Assembly: GCA_951406725.2 (NCBI GenBank)
Contig: OX597815.1
Span: 37,324,001 to 37,388,000 of the forward strand
Length of the DNA stretch: 64,000 bases
Direction: 5' to 3'
Source of the DNA: Octopus vulgaris
Taxonomy: Eukaryota
The position numbers and the translations under genes are program-made. Position 1 is the stretch's first letter. Every line of letters begins with the position of its first letter. The notes below the pieces were generated by a model that saw only the letters and a list, made by a program, of their open reading frames with translations, had not been told where the DNA came from and did no database searches. Positions 1 to 11,987 of this stretch are shown piece after piece.

Positions 1-314
1 CATCCTCTTGAAGGAGACACTTATCATCAAAATGCATCTCCAGAACCGATTGAAACGAATCGATCATCGAAAAGCCGCAGGTTTTTCTGGGAGTTAGAAA
101 GCACCGCTCGAACTATTTCATATTCTTGATCGTGAACCTCATCAAATCAATTCATCGTAAGTTTGTTGGTGGTCTTTGAAAAGTCTTAGAATACTTTATA
201 AGCACATCCTCGATCATTTCATGCGAGGCTTCATGTCCCTGATGTGGACAAGTATCCATCATAAGTAGTTCACAACATCTACGATGTGATATCCAATAAT
301 CTTCTATATATATA

Positions 315-575
315 ACTCTTACTCTCTTTTACTCTTTTACTTGTTTCAGTCATTTGACTGTGGCCATGCTGGAGCACCGCCTTTAGTCGAGCAAATCGAC
401 CCAAGGACTTATTCTTTGTAAGCCTAGTACTTATTATATCGGTCTCTTTTACCGAACCGCTAAGTTACGGGGACGTAAACACACCAGCATCGGTTGTCAA
501 GCGATGTTGGGGACACACACACAGACACACAAACATATACACACACATACATATATACATATATATATATGTATA
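315..575 (-). mobile_element. SINE family A (octopus-type tRNA-derived SINE), 3' half only
   Basis: Near-identical to the 3' halves of copies at 21697-22113 and 53201-53699 (ACTCTTTT tail, CAGTCATTTGACTGNGGCCATGCTGGAGCACCGCC, CCGAACCGCTAAGT); the tRNA head is missing. Confidence 0.9.
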
Positions 576-635
576 TCACGTAATCACGTGACCGACCACA
601 CATCCACTCCTACGCCAGATTTCTCATTGAAATAT

Positions 636-1010
636 GAGAAAGTTGGGAATTAGAATTTAATGTCTCATAATCAGGTCTAAGTAAGTAAAATAAGACTCTT
701 CTCTGCATGCATTTTTAACATGTCAGCACAGCCTAAAATTTTTCGGATGCTGCCTCACCGTGTACAGACACTTCCTGGAGGTAATGCAAGGTCAAAAGGT
801 TGACTTGTTTCACTTGCCTTGTTCGATTTCAGTTTAATGTTTTCAGTATATAATTCTGCAGCGACGGAGATGTGGGTTGTCTGTACACAGTGAGGCATCC
901 GAAAAATTTTGGTCTGTACTGATATGTTAAAAACGCATGCAGAGAAGAATCTTATTTTACTATACTTAAACTTGATTATGAGACATTAAATCCTAATTCT
1001 CATCTTCCTC
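636..1010. mobile_element. MITE/fold-back element with ~135-bp inverted arms
   Basis: 636-770 (GGGAATTAGAATTTAATGTCTCATAATC...CCTCACCGTGTACAGACA) is the reverse complement of 878-1010 (TGTCTGTACACAGTGAGG...GATTATGAGACATTAAATCCTAATTCTC); spacer ~107 bp. Confidence 0.8.
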
Positions 1011-1604
1011 CGGTTGCACAACCAGAACCATCTGAGCGTTTGAGGTGTGATATTCACATCTTGTATATCAAAAATTACATTATTCAATACATTCTTCATT
1101 TTAGATGGTAGGTCGTAATTTGAAAGAAATTTGTCCGCCATTTACTATAGGCAGAGAGATTGTGAGGAAGATCTATTGTGGAACATCAAGCCTAACTGAC
1201 ATACACTAGCGTTACTCCTACGTCGGATAAAATATTGTTAGATAGTATTACAGTGTGTGGAAGCCTCACCATTCTATCTATTTGTCTGCCTGTTCTATTT
1301 CACTTTATATTTTGCTCTTTCAAGGAGGTGTTAAGTGTAAGATGTGATGTGAAGTGTGAAGTACTTCGGAAGTGTGTCACTGGTGATAAGAGGAATGGTT
1401 TGCAATATTTCGGTTACATGTATAGATATTCTTACATTATTAATTCTATTTTAGCAAGTTGGCTACAAAATAATAATAAAAAATTATCTTATATTGTATC
1501 CAGTTCAGTTCTTCGTTAGAAAGGATAATTTGAACCTTTCAACGTTGTCCTTCTCCGCCACTAACTTTTCTTCCTCCTCCACGTTGAATACATACAACCA
1601 TACA

Positions 1605-1705
1605 TGCATGCATACATACATACATACATACATACATACATACATACATACATACATACATACATACATACATACATGCATACATACATACATACACACA
1701 TACAT
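1605..1705. repeat. (TACA)n microsatellite
   Basis: Direct reading; explains the HTYI/MYVC ORFs. Confidence 0.95.
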
Positions 1706-1853
1706 TTTTATAAACAAAATCCATTCTTTAGTTTTCTCCTCTCTCTCCTTCTCTCTCTCTCTGTGTGTGTGTACGCGCGCGCGTGTCTGCATGTGTTTAC
1801 GTGTGTGTATGTATTTATACATATGGTTAAAACTGTCACCTGTCAGTTATATC

Positions 1854-2082
1854 TATTTCTTTACTACCCACAAAGGGCTAAACTCAGAGAGGACAAACAA
1901 GGACAAACAAACGGATAAAGCCGATTATATCGACCCCAGTGCGTACCTGGTACTTAATTTATCGACCCCGAAAGGATGAAAGGCAAAGTCGACCTCGGCG
2001 GAATTTGAACTCAGAACGTAACGGCAGACGAAATACTGCTAAGCATTTCGCCCGGCGTGCTAACGTTTCTGCCAGCTCGCCT
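1854..2082 (-). mobile_element. SINE family B (tRNA-like head, Meta-domain-like core, LINE-like tail), full length
   Basis: Reverse complement reads GGCGAGCTGGCAGAAACGTTAGC...GAGTTCAAATTCC (B-box)...GTCGACTTTGCCTTTCATCCTTTCGGGGTCGATAAATTAAGTACC; matches the + copy at 57727-57953. Confidence 0.9.
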
Positions 2083-2729
2083 ATCAGTTATATCTATCCC
2101 CATCCCCCTTTATAAATGTGTGTGTATATGTTTGTTTCTGTTAGTGTGTGTATGTGTTTGCACGCGTGCGTCTGTGTGTATACACATTGGCCCGGAATGG
2201 TTATTATCGAGTGAATATGAAACAGCTCTTTCGACAATCAACACTGGCACGCTTTTATTTATTATAACAACATAAAAATAGACCCATTCACTTCTACGGC
2301 AGAATAAGAACGCGAAAAGTGGACAGCAGAAGAAATAAAAATAAAAGAAACATCAACTCGATCATTGGCAATAAATAAGTATATAATATTTCACCTTCAA
2401 TAATATCTCTTTGCCATTAAGAATCAAGAAAAGCACAGCGGAAACCTTACTCCCAAAATACAGAGACACACACCAAAAAGAATACATATTATGTAAAATG
2501 AAATCTAAAGGATATCAGCCAAATAATAAACACCGGAGAGAGAATTTCCTCCAGGTAATTACATCCGTATGGGACCTAATGTGGCTGACAAGTTTGGATA
2601 ATTTATGTGCAAAGATAAAAGCTAAGCAAAATAGCAGTCATTAGTTTCAACGAAGAGATGAACTTGGATAGAAATTTGATGAATTCTCACAGTTGGTATC
2701 ATGGAGAAAGGGGTGGTGAGAAGTGTATG

Positions 2730-2898
2730 CACACACACGCACACACACACAGACACACACACACACATACACACACACACGCACACACACACACACACAT
2801 GCACCCACACATATCCACTTGTGAGTGTTTGTGAGTGTATGTGTGTTTCTGTATGTGTTTGTGTGTAAGTGTGCATATACGAATATATCTGTATGCAC

Positions 2899-2929
<31 letters not shown>

Positions 2930-3059
2930 TATATATATGTATGTGTGTGTGTGTGAGTGTATGTGTGTTTCTGTATGTGTTTGTGTGTAAATGTGCGTAT
3001 ATGAATATATCTATGTGCGTATGTATATGTACCCAGGAATATATGTGTATGTATGTATG

Positions 3060-3092
<33 letters not shown>
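2730..3092. repeat. Compound (CA)n/(TG)n/(TA)n microsatellite with an internal ~120-bp duplication
   Basis: GTGAGTGTATGTGTGTTTCTGTATGTGTTTGTGTGTAA occurs at ~2831 and ~2952. Confidence 0.9.
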
Positions 3093-3094
<2 letters not shown>

Positions 3095-3262
3095 CAAAGT
3101 AAAGTTGTAAGGTACCGCACGAGAGGAAATATATATTCAAGACGGTTTGAAAATGCAATTTAAAAGATGTTTATTGGCTTGACGGGTTTCAAGATTGTCA
3201 AAAGTAAGATGTAAATCTTTGTATAAGCTTTGTTGAGTTAAGTACTGGTTGTCACAAAACTA

Positions 3263-3288
<26 letters not shown>

Positions 3289-3294
<6 letters not shown>

Positions 3295-3517
3295 ATATTT
3301 CAGAATGGTCATATTGCCAGTTTAGCCAATAAAAACACACGCACTATATATTTGGTGTTATTTTGCTTCAGTGATATTTATTTTTTACATTAATCTTAAT
3401 CTTATTTCGGCCAGAGTTCTTTCGTCACACTCCTGGCAATATGACCATTCCGAAATATAACAATATCTGTTTCAACACACGACTTCACATAAAAAATCTT
3501 GCACAACAAATATTTAA

Positions 3518-3520
<3 letters not shown>
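3289..3520. mobile_element. (TA)n-embedded fold-back, probable truncated Penelope-like insertion
   Basis: ATTGTTATATTTCAGAATGGTCATATTGCCAG (3289-3320) inverted at 3433-3464, followed by an unpaired ~50-nt extension; (TA)n on both sides. Confidence 0.6.
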
Positions 3521-3555
<35 letters not shown>

Positions 3556-4043
3556 TCTTTGATAATAATAACAAAATGTTAAAAACAGTTTACAAGAAAG
3601 TATTTAAGAAAGTATTCAACAAAAAGTATTAGGAGTTCAATAAAAATCCTGTTTGTTTGGTAGTATATGTATACACAGGAGATATATTTAAGAATTTACA
3701 AAATATTAGAGAGGAACCGACCTGTCTTTTTGATATCTTTTCTGTCTTACATACAAAATAGAGAAAAGTGTATGTATATGTGTGTACATGTGTGCATAAG
3801 CAGATTGTATGAACGAAGTTTTACTTTCACCATGCCTATTGGAGTAACTTCCCTTTATTCAACGGATTTTTTCATAGCGTTTTTACCTCAATAACCGATG
3901 AGATACCGAAGCAGGCTTCAGCCCTGACATCCGAAAGTCTAAGTTTTATTATGACAACTAACTGATCGTCTTATATTATATTTATAGATAAATTCCTCTA
4001 TTTAAATAATAATATCGAGGTGCCATTCATTCTTTTGCTGTCA

Positions 4044-4044
<1 letters not shown>

Positions 4045-4104
<60 letters not shown>

Positions 4105-4115
4105 AATAATAATAA

Positions 4116-4200
<85 letters not shown>
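4045..4200. repeat. (TTA)n/(TAA)n/(TA)n microsatellite
   Basis: Direct reading. Confidence 0.95.
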
Positions 4201-4206
<6 letters not shown>

Positions 4207-4675
4207 CCAGCGGAGTTCCAAGTAGATCCGACGGTAATATATCCCGAATGCGGATGACACCGGGTAGCCCAGACTATGCTAGTGATCACTTCAACACACT
4301 AATAGACATATACCCATTAGTCCAAAATATTAAATACTTACACATACACACACACATACGCAGACACACACATATATATGTGTGTGTGTATGTATGTATA
4401 TATGTACACATACACACGCACGTACGCGCGCACACACACGTTGTGAATGTTGACAGTGATTTCTAAGTTTCAGCTGAGCTGCCCCAGTCACACATTCCGA
4501 TGAAGACAACTACTCCGAAAATTTGAAGACACTGTCAACCGTTTCCTTGGTTAATACATGATTAATAAAAAAAACTATTTCAAGCTTACAAACAAATATT
4601 TAAAAAAAATTTTTTAATACAGCACAGTAGAAAAAAAGAGTAATCTAAATTTACGAATGTATTTTACGAATATAT

Positions 4676-5100
4676 TTCAATGGAATGAGAACTTTTTCGC
4701 TCCTTCAATCTCATGAGCAATCCTTGACTTGTCTTGAACTCTACATCTTTCTCATCTGGATGCTTTTTTTCTTCAGGTCCTCAAACAAAGACAACTCTTT
4801 CTCTTGACGATCCAACCTAACAATCCGAAGTGAAACAGACTTTCCATTTCTTCAAAAAGTTTGCCCCTCTTCTTATTGATGACCGCGTTCTTCATTCCTT
4901 GGGCTTCAGATTTGATATGTGCTAAAATCTTGTCCTTATTACGGACAACCGTCAATACAGTTGTGCGACTCATTCCAAAAGATTGTGTAATTGCTACCAC
5001 CTTTTCACCTTTTTCATGGCGTTTTATCATAGCCAGTTTATCTTCCAGCGTTATAGAATGACGCTTAGCACTTTGACTATGAATTTTCTTAGGAGCGATG
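4676..5100 (-). pseudogene. Tigger/pogo-type transposase N-terminus (CENP-B-like HTH domains), decayed
   Basis: RHSITLEDKLAMIKRHEKGEKVVAITQSFGMSRTTVLTVVRNKDKI (HTH_psq-like) and, after a frameshift, EFKTSQGLLMRLKER (FxASxGWxxRFKxR motif); Tigger-like end TA-CAGGATAACTCGGCTTAAG on the - strand at ~6250-6272. Confidence 0.85.
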
Positions 5101-5584
5101 GAAGCAAAAAATCAAGTCACAAATGAATGAGAATGAGAAAATAGTCGATAAACAAACGTAAACAAATCTGAATTCAAAACAATCGCGGGAATCACGAGTG
5201 GCAATGACGCCTAACGGTAGATATTGGAACTACAGTACAATATGAGCTCCGAAAGACAGATAATTAATTTTTCTTTAGTTTTCATTTTCAGCATGTATTT
5301 AAAAGTTCTGCAGATATAATATCTTACTCGGAGGCAAGGCACAGCTGATTTCATGATTTCGTTCACTGAGCAACATCTCTTTATGGTGTGTATCTTAACA
5401 TTTACTGTACGTATATTCATATGATTTTATATGCTTTTATGGAAATTGTTCAATATGGTTATATTAAAAGAAGTAAATAAAAATTAAGAGGTGGCTTGAT
5501 TAGTCAAAGGAAGAACTTACTTTTTACTCAGCATAAACACTGACGATCGCGGCCAGAAAGTGAAAAAATGTGTTCTTTTTATCC

Positions 5585-5990
5585 GTGGAATTACGCCTTT
5601 CCACATTTTGTGTGTTGATCATGAGGATCAACAGAATTTTGTTGGTATATAATCACCTCGTGCGTGTAGGTAACATCATTCAGGATACGCACGGCAGCCA
5701 TCACTGACTATGTGAGTCCCAGGTAAAATCCATCTTTGTATCGGCACAGTTAAAGTTTGTTGAGTACGGTCAGGCACTTCGACCAAAAAGCACGTTTTAG
5801 AGACTCTCTCTATGCCACCGAATGGCTAGGGTGCCACTCACCTCGATGATATTCACGATGAAAGAACTTGCTTTCGTCAATTTCTACAACTAATGGCTGT
5901 CCATTAACATCCAAACAACCGATTTCTATGGGATTTTGTCGGAGCGTACTTCCCGAAACCAATCCACGATTCTAGTTCGACTACTGACGG
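5585..5990 (-). pseudogene. Merlin/IS1016 (ISXO2-like DDE) transposase fragment
   Basis: Manual - strand translation across frameshifts: GQPLVVEIDESKFFHREYHRG...FGGIERVSKTCFLVEVPDRTQQTLTVPIQRWILPGTHIVSDG...YTHEVI...VDPHD..TQNVE. Confidence 0.85.
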
Positions 5991-6267
5991 AAGACTCGTG
6001 CGTAATATCATCTCATGTCCAACAATAAACAATGAAAATGATATTGAGCAAAGAAATATGACGTCTATTCTTATCTAAAATACAGTAACATGATTTTATG
6101 TGCTTTTAACGGTCTTCTAGTGATTTTACGATTCCAATATTTGTAGTGGACAGACGTAAGGTCGAATAAAATGACTTAACTTGATTTTTATGTTTTCATA
6201 TATTATTCTTGAAAACCGACGTATAATCCAGAACGATTTAAATCGAAATGACTTAAGCCGAGTTATC

Positions 6268-6380
<113 letters not shown>

Positions 6381-6546
6381 CAAAAATGCTAGTTCTAAAA
6401 TCTCTCTAAGAGTACAACTCAGTAGTTGTACTATCAAGTAATATTCGTAGCCACATAAATATGGCTGTCCTTTTGAACGTATTCTACTGAGGTGCACATA
6501 TTTTATACAGAGAGAAAGAGAGAGAGAGAGAGAGAGAGCGGAAAAT

Positions 6547-6825
6547 GTGCATGACTAGGTGGTTAGAGCGTCGGGCTCACTCATGAAGCTGTGAGTTCGA
6601 TTCCTGGACTGGGCTGCGTGTGGTTTTCTTGAGCAAGACACTTAACTTCACGTTGCTCCAGATCATTCAGCTGTAGATATAACTATTGTAAAATGTCTCC
6701 AATGATGAAGTCAGTAACCTGTATATATACAATCTCTTACTAACAACAGACTCGTGTCTGCTATGTAAACATATAATCAATGTAGGCTACTCGGTAAGGT
6801 GAATCTGCGCTAGAGTGTTGCTAAT
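6547..6825 (+). mobile_element. SINE family C (tRNA head plus CORE-like domain), diverged
   Basis: A-box-like TGACTAGGTGGTTAGAGCG, B-box GAGTTCGATTCC, then TTCTTGAGCAAGACACTTAACTTCACGTTGCTCCAG; a decayed - strand relative lies at ~41800-42015. Confidence 0.7.
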
Positions 6826-7197
6826 ATATATTTTAGCGAAACCGAATTCATGAAAAGTAATTAGCAACATTCGTTGGTATTTTAACCCGAAATGTATAGA
6901 ATCGAAAGTAAATTCTGTAATTAATTCCGATGTCTTGCTTGAAAGGTTTCTGTTAATTATATTCTTTTGACACTTAGTATGTACACTTCGTTGTATTATA
7001 CTAATAAAGAGCTTCTAAATGTACGTGATTCTTTCTCTCGTGAATAATGGGCCTTGCCTCCAAGTAAGATATTATATCTGCAGAACTTTTAAATACATGC
7101 TGAAAATGAAAAGTAAAGAAAAATTAAATTCTACTTATTTCACAAGATCTGATGTCTGAGTAAAGAATACACACACACACACACACATACACACACG

Positions 7198-7231
<34 letters not shown>

Positions 7232-7657
7232 CGTATGCATACATACATACATACATACATATACACGCACACATGTATGTATGATGTATGTATGTATATA
7301 TTTTGAAATAGTATTCAACACTGATGAATACAGTTTGATTATATGGTGGTATTAATGCATCGTTAGTCTTTCATACAGTTTCCATAATTGCTACTTCTAA
7401 ATGATTCTTGAACTAAATATATTGGCAGAAGAATATCGCTTTATTGGAATTATAGTAAAATTCTTCGAACATGGTGGCAAGGTAATAATTAAATTTGAAA
7501 TGTGATACACGAGGATGTGACAATATACTAATAACAACGAAAGTTGGTAAAAAGTATCTGATTTTTAATGAATCCTGTCTAATGAAGGGTGAAATACGTT
7601 AAGTGAAATTCCAGCGAAGAACCATTCTACGTGCATGCATAGTATATATGTATATGG

Positions 7658-7697
<40 letters not shown>

Positions 7698-7760
7698 GTA
7701 AGTATGTGTGTGTATATATATGTATATACGCATACATATATATATATATATATGTATATG

Positions 7761-7800
<40 letters not shown>

Positions 7801-7870
7801 ACTTAGAATAACTTAGAAAGGTTTTTGGCCAGTATTGGCCCAGGCCATGTCTAACTTAATAGCACCACCA
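7801..7870 (-). mobile_element. Extremely 5'-truncated CR1-group LINE tail in (TA)n
   Basis: Reverse complement GGTGGTGCTATTAAGTTAGACATGGCCTGG...TTCTAAGTTATTCTAAGT matches the 3' end of the LINE at 41072-41142. Confidence 0.9.
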
Positions 7871-8169
7871 TATATATGTTATATGCACTCATAAAAATGT
7901 GTCTGATGTATAGAATATTAAAATATGTGCAATAAATTAATATAACATAATTAAATGTAATATAAGGTAAATATATTAATTTAAAATATAAAATTTGAAT
8001 ATATAAAAAAGAGTAAAAATGAGTACAAAATAAACCTCGTCGAAACTTAGGTTTAAATTTGTAAAACAGTCGAAGGCTTTCTTAAACGTCGGATGTATAA
8101 TATAAAATGTGAAGTCGTAATATGTTCTAGCATTGTAATACAAAATTAAGTATATATAAGGCCTAAAGC

Positions 8170-8850
8170 CACATTTAAATGCATGCATGAATTTAAGAGC
8201 TCGCGTCTCTGGTTCAATGGATGTTTATCCTGGAACTGGATGAAGAACTTTTCTGGGAAGCTAAGATCACATTTCATAGGTTTTCTATAAGCTCCATGTT
8301 TGTATTCTTTTACTCTTTTACTTGTTTCAGTCATTTGCCTGTGGCCATGGTGGAGCACCGCCTTTAGTCGAACAAATCGACCCCAGAACTTATTATTTGT
8401 AAGCCTAGTACTTATTCTATTGGTTACCTTTGCCGAACCGCTAAGTTATGGCGACGTAAACACACTAGCATCGGTTGTCGAACAATAGCGCGGAGACAAA
8501 AATAGGTACACAGATATACCCCCCCCCACACACATATAAGGCGAGGTTCTTTCAGTTTCCGTCTACCAAATCCACTCACAAGGCTTTGGTCGGCCCGAGG
8601 CTATAGTAGAAGACACGTGTTCAAGGTGCCACGCAGTGGGACTGAACACGGAACCATGTGGTTGGTAAACAAGCTACTTACTAAACATCACTCCTGCGCC
8701 TATATATGATGTGCCTTTTCCAAAATTGTCCAGCTGATATTGAAAGAACGGGTGTCATTCTCTCTCAATTGCCAGACATGTTTTGCAAGACTTGTTGCTG
8801 TCCTCTTCTCGGGGTATCGGAAAGAATTTCGGTTGTATTAAAACCGAGTC
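8170..8850 (-). pseudogene. Penelope-like element GIY-YIG endonuclease C-terminal fragment, split by a SINE
   Basis: - strand: NSFRYPEKRTATSLAKHVWQLRENDTRSFNISWTILEKA (8710-8830) then KPMKCDLSFPEKFFIQFQDKHPLNQRRELLNSCMH (8180-8285); fits the PLE pattern SF...TxLSKHxWxLK...IxWxI...CxLCxxEK...LNxRxEL..CxH. Confidence 0.8.
8305..8701 (-). mobile_element. SINE family A, full length
   Basis: Head AGGCGCAGGAGTG...GTTCAGTCCCACTGCGTGGCACCTTG on the - strand, internal microsatellite, AAAAGAGT tail. Confidence 0.92.
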
Positions 8851-9129
8851 ATGATATATCTTTTAATTTCTTTAAATTTATTATTATCTTTTACCACTAA
8901 TTACTTATCTTGGGTCTTTTTTTCCTTCTATATGGCTATTTTTGATCCAATGTTTTCTTCGATTTTTATAATAATACGATTTTAAAACGCAATTGTAATT
9001 TCATGTAACCGGTCATTGAAAATACTGTTAGTTGAAATGACCAATGAAACAAAAAATATTTTCAAATGTGCATCTATCAAACTAATTGTATATTTAAACA
9101 TATAACCTTATTTTGTTCTATTCTAAACA

Positions 9130-9173
9130 AAGCTGTCCGACGAACGGGGACGTGAAACTCTGAGTAACAGTTT
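9130..9173 (+). ncRNA. Minimal type-I hammerhead ribozyme motif (PLE-type, CCGANGA core variant)
   Basis: AGCTGT-CCGACGA-ACG GGGA CGT-GAAA-CTC T GAG-TA-ACAGTT: stems I, II and palindromic III all pair; GUA triplet; AATAAA follows at ~9197. Confidence 0.75.
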
Positions 9174-11492
9174 CCGTGATACTTTTGCTACTTTTCAATA
9201 AAGTATATGTATATCTACGTGTATAGGTTTGAGTCTGCTCTGTTTGGTCGTAATCTTTTCGAAATAACTGATCTAAGATGGATCTAGACGAAAATGCATC
9301 TTTGTATCATTTAAAAATCTTGGAAGGAATTTGGGAAACGTTCTGTAAACTGCAGTTAGATAATTACAGCTCTTAAAATGTCAACAGTTAAGTCATATGT
9401 TCTTCATGCGATAGTTTGATGATGAAAGTCCTGTGATATCTTGGTACTTTTAATTCCTTTCGTGCATTCATTGCTTTGTTTAACAAAAAATTTGAATAAT
9501 CTGCCACAAACACAACATCACCTATATTCAACGCCGTTACAGAGAGAAAAGAATGTTAAGTGAGGTGGTGTTCACTGTAGTTTAGAATTGCAGCTTTAAA
9601 GTGTTGTTTTCTGAACGTTTTGCTAATATTTTTAGCCAACAGAAAATGCCTGGGCCACTAGGAGACAAAGGCTTTGAGTACATTTTCAACATAGAACCAA
9701 AAATTTCTTCAGCGTTAGTATCACTGTCGGACATCTCCTTGTAAAAGCTTTCTGTACCCAGTTGCAGTGACCTCGCACCTGATTGACAATATGCGAATAT
9801 ATTTGAAGAAAGATGAAACCGACGACATAATTCCACCCATTTCACCAAAATGTCTAGAATGCTGAACTGTTTTCTTGATTCGATCGCAGTGGAACATTTC
9901 TCTTCTGTTTTTACTCTCCATAAAAATGGACATGGGAATTTTGTATGGTTGAAGGACATGTTACCAATATCCACACGTATATGGTATCGAGTATTTGTTA
10001 GCACAACCAGATGACTTTATTAATTTCGATTAGAATCACGGTTTTCGTGTTGTTTGCTAGATGTGCCCGGTCGTATATTTCTTTGCACAAATCGCACATG
10101 AAGTGTTTTAAATAAATGAAATGCATTGTGACTATGGAAGATATCAATAAATTGAGAAAATAAAATACTTATAAAACTTGTATGTTAGACTTAGCTCGCC
10201 ATATTATTTAATAACGAAAACCTGGTCATTGGGTGCCTTTGCAAGCATTGGGATCTGGTCTCTGGTTTGAGGATATCTCCCTCAATTTCTCCTACCAGCC
10301 TAGGAAGAAGAAAATTACACCAAAGCTTTATAATAGGCATTAACAGAAAGTGTAAATAAACAAGCTTTTATAAATAACTACAAATAATAGGAAGTGTAAA
10401 TAAACAAAATTTCTTTAATAACTACAAACTTCAAGCATGTCACCACGCGAACAGGTGACCAATGGAATTCATAAATTCTATCGCAAAATTTGACATTTAT
10501 ATACATCACAAGTCCAACTTTCATATTGGTCATATAAGTACGACACCCTTCCGACTTATTATAAATTTGCTACAAGGAGCAATGCAACACAAAACAAAAC
10601 CAGGTGGGGCAGATATTAGAAGACAACTCATTAAATCAACAGAACTCTCCATTGAAATAACCTGTGCTTCATGCAATACTCACTTAATGCTGAAATAAGA
10701 ACGTGGACAACATATATTACAAATAAAACTCAAAAACACACGGCGTATAAATCTAACAGTAAAATTAAGATTCTGACGGTAAAGTCTATGATAATCTCAT
10801 TTGTATAGTCTACTATAAAGAAGCCACTATGAAATGTATGCATATAAGTATTTATTAAATGTTATTTTAAAGCTATTTTAAAAGCAATAACAGATTCAAT
10901 ATTAAAATTTAGTCAAATTTATTATAATATCCAGTTTTGCTGAGATATTAAGTTTCATCTGGACTGTATGTGTGTAAGCACTCGCACACATTGACATATA
11001 TATGTTGTATGTATACACACATATATAGTTATGGTATATTATGTTAAGAACGTAGTAGAGTACAGTATAAAGATCACCCAGCTTCAGATTTACCCTATGC
11101 TAGCCATTAGTAGTATTATACGTACTTCCAGGTTTGTACTTGGGCATCTGTCGTGTGTGAATAGGTAATTGAAAACATTGGAGTCAACAAAAAGGGGTAT
11201 GGTTTATTTTTTAATCGCTGCAATTGTTTTCACGCAACATAGTTCTCCAGGAGTGCAGCTACTTGATTATGTAACTGTTTCCCTGCATAATGAGATCTAG
11301 TTGTGTCTCCGTTGTCTTCGTAAGTTTTCAATCCTCGGCTTGAAGAACATCCACTCTGTCTGTCGTGTCTGAATTTAGTTGTAGTCACTGAGCGTATCAG
11401 TGTGCGTTGTTGCTGAAGTGCCGTTGGCAAACTGGTTTGGATATATAGATGTAGTTGGATGGTGATCCTGGTACTTTTAAAGTATATATACA

Positions 11493-11562
<70 letters not shown>

Positions 11563-11660
11563 CGTGTGTATATACATATGTATATATAAATATACGTATG
11601 ATTAGATGTTTTCGGCGTGCGACAATTAAGTCATTCAAATTCTGGATGTTGTTGAATATA

Positions 11661-11701
11661 TGTATTACAATTTACTGAAGGTTTAGTAAATTGTAATACA
11701 T
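11661..11701. repeat. Short perfect palindrome between (TA) runs
   Basis: TGTATTACAATTTACT gaaggttt AGTAAATTGTAATACA. Confidence 0.85.
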
Positions 11702-11702
11702 A

Positions 11703-11925
11703 TATATGAGAGGGATGACCATTCCGTGGACAACCCTTATGCTAGAAGTAGATCCGCTATGGTCTTACCACTAAGAAATGTTCTCAAGAAAATTTAGCAA
11801 ACACCAGAACGTAAGCGAAGCAAGACAAATGAAAAGTGTTTGCTAAATTTTCTTGAGAACATTTCTTAGCGGATCTAGTTCTAGCATAAGGGTTGTCTAC
11901 ATAATGGTCATCACTCTCATATGTA
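11703..11925. mobile_element. Microsatellite-embedded fold-back (~90-bp arms), probable PLE-derived
   Basis: ATGAGAGGGATGACCATT...AAATTTAGCAAACAC versus GTGTTTGCTAAATTT...AATGGTCATCACTCTCAT; the left arm has a 14-nt insertion. Confidence 0.7.
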
Positions 11926-11926
11926 T

Positions 11927-11987
<61 letters not shown>

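Noticed and set aside
1-300. Coding-like minus-strand sequence at the window start (and + strand 2411-2644)
   Set aside because: Interrupted by stops and no family motif I can identify.
1236-1592. Possible solo LTR (also 11028-11485)
   Set aside because: AATAAA and LTR-like composition, but no convincing TG..CA ends with a TSD.
1494-1979. ORFs made of HTYI/MYVC/YIYI/poly-I/L/N repeats here and across the window (e.g. 2622-3158, 45074-45904, 58056-58691)
   Set aside because: Translations of stop-free microsatellites, not genes.
3893-3950. Hammerhead-like CCGATGA...CCGAAA (also ~4498, ~7321, ~26628, ~33185)
   Set aside because: Stems or the GAAA/NUH elements cannot be completed; at best decayed relics.
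4200-4285. Possible Helitron 3' end (hairpin then CTAG)
   Set aside because: Weak hairpin, single copy, no supporting 5' end.
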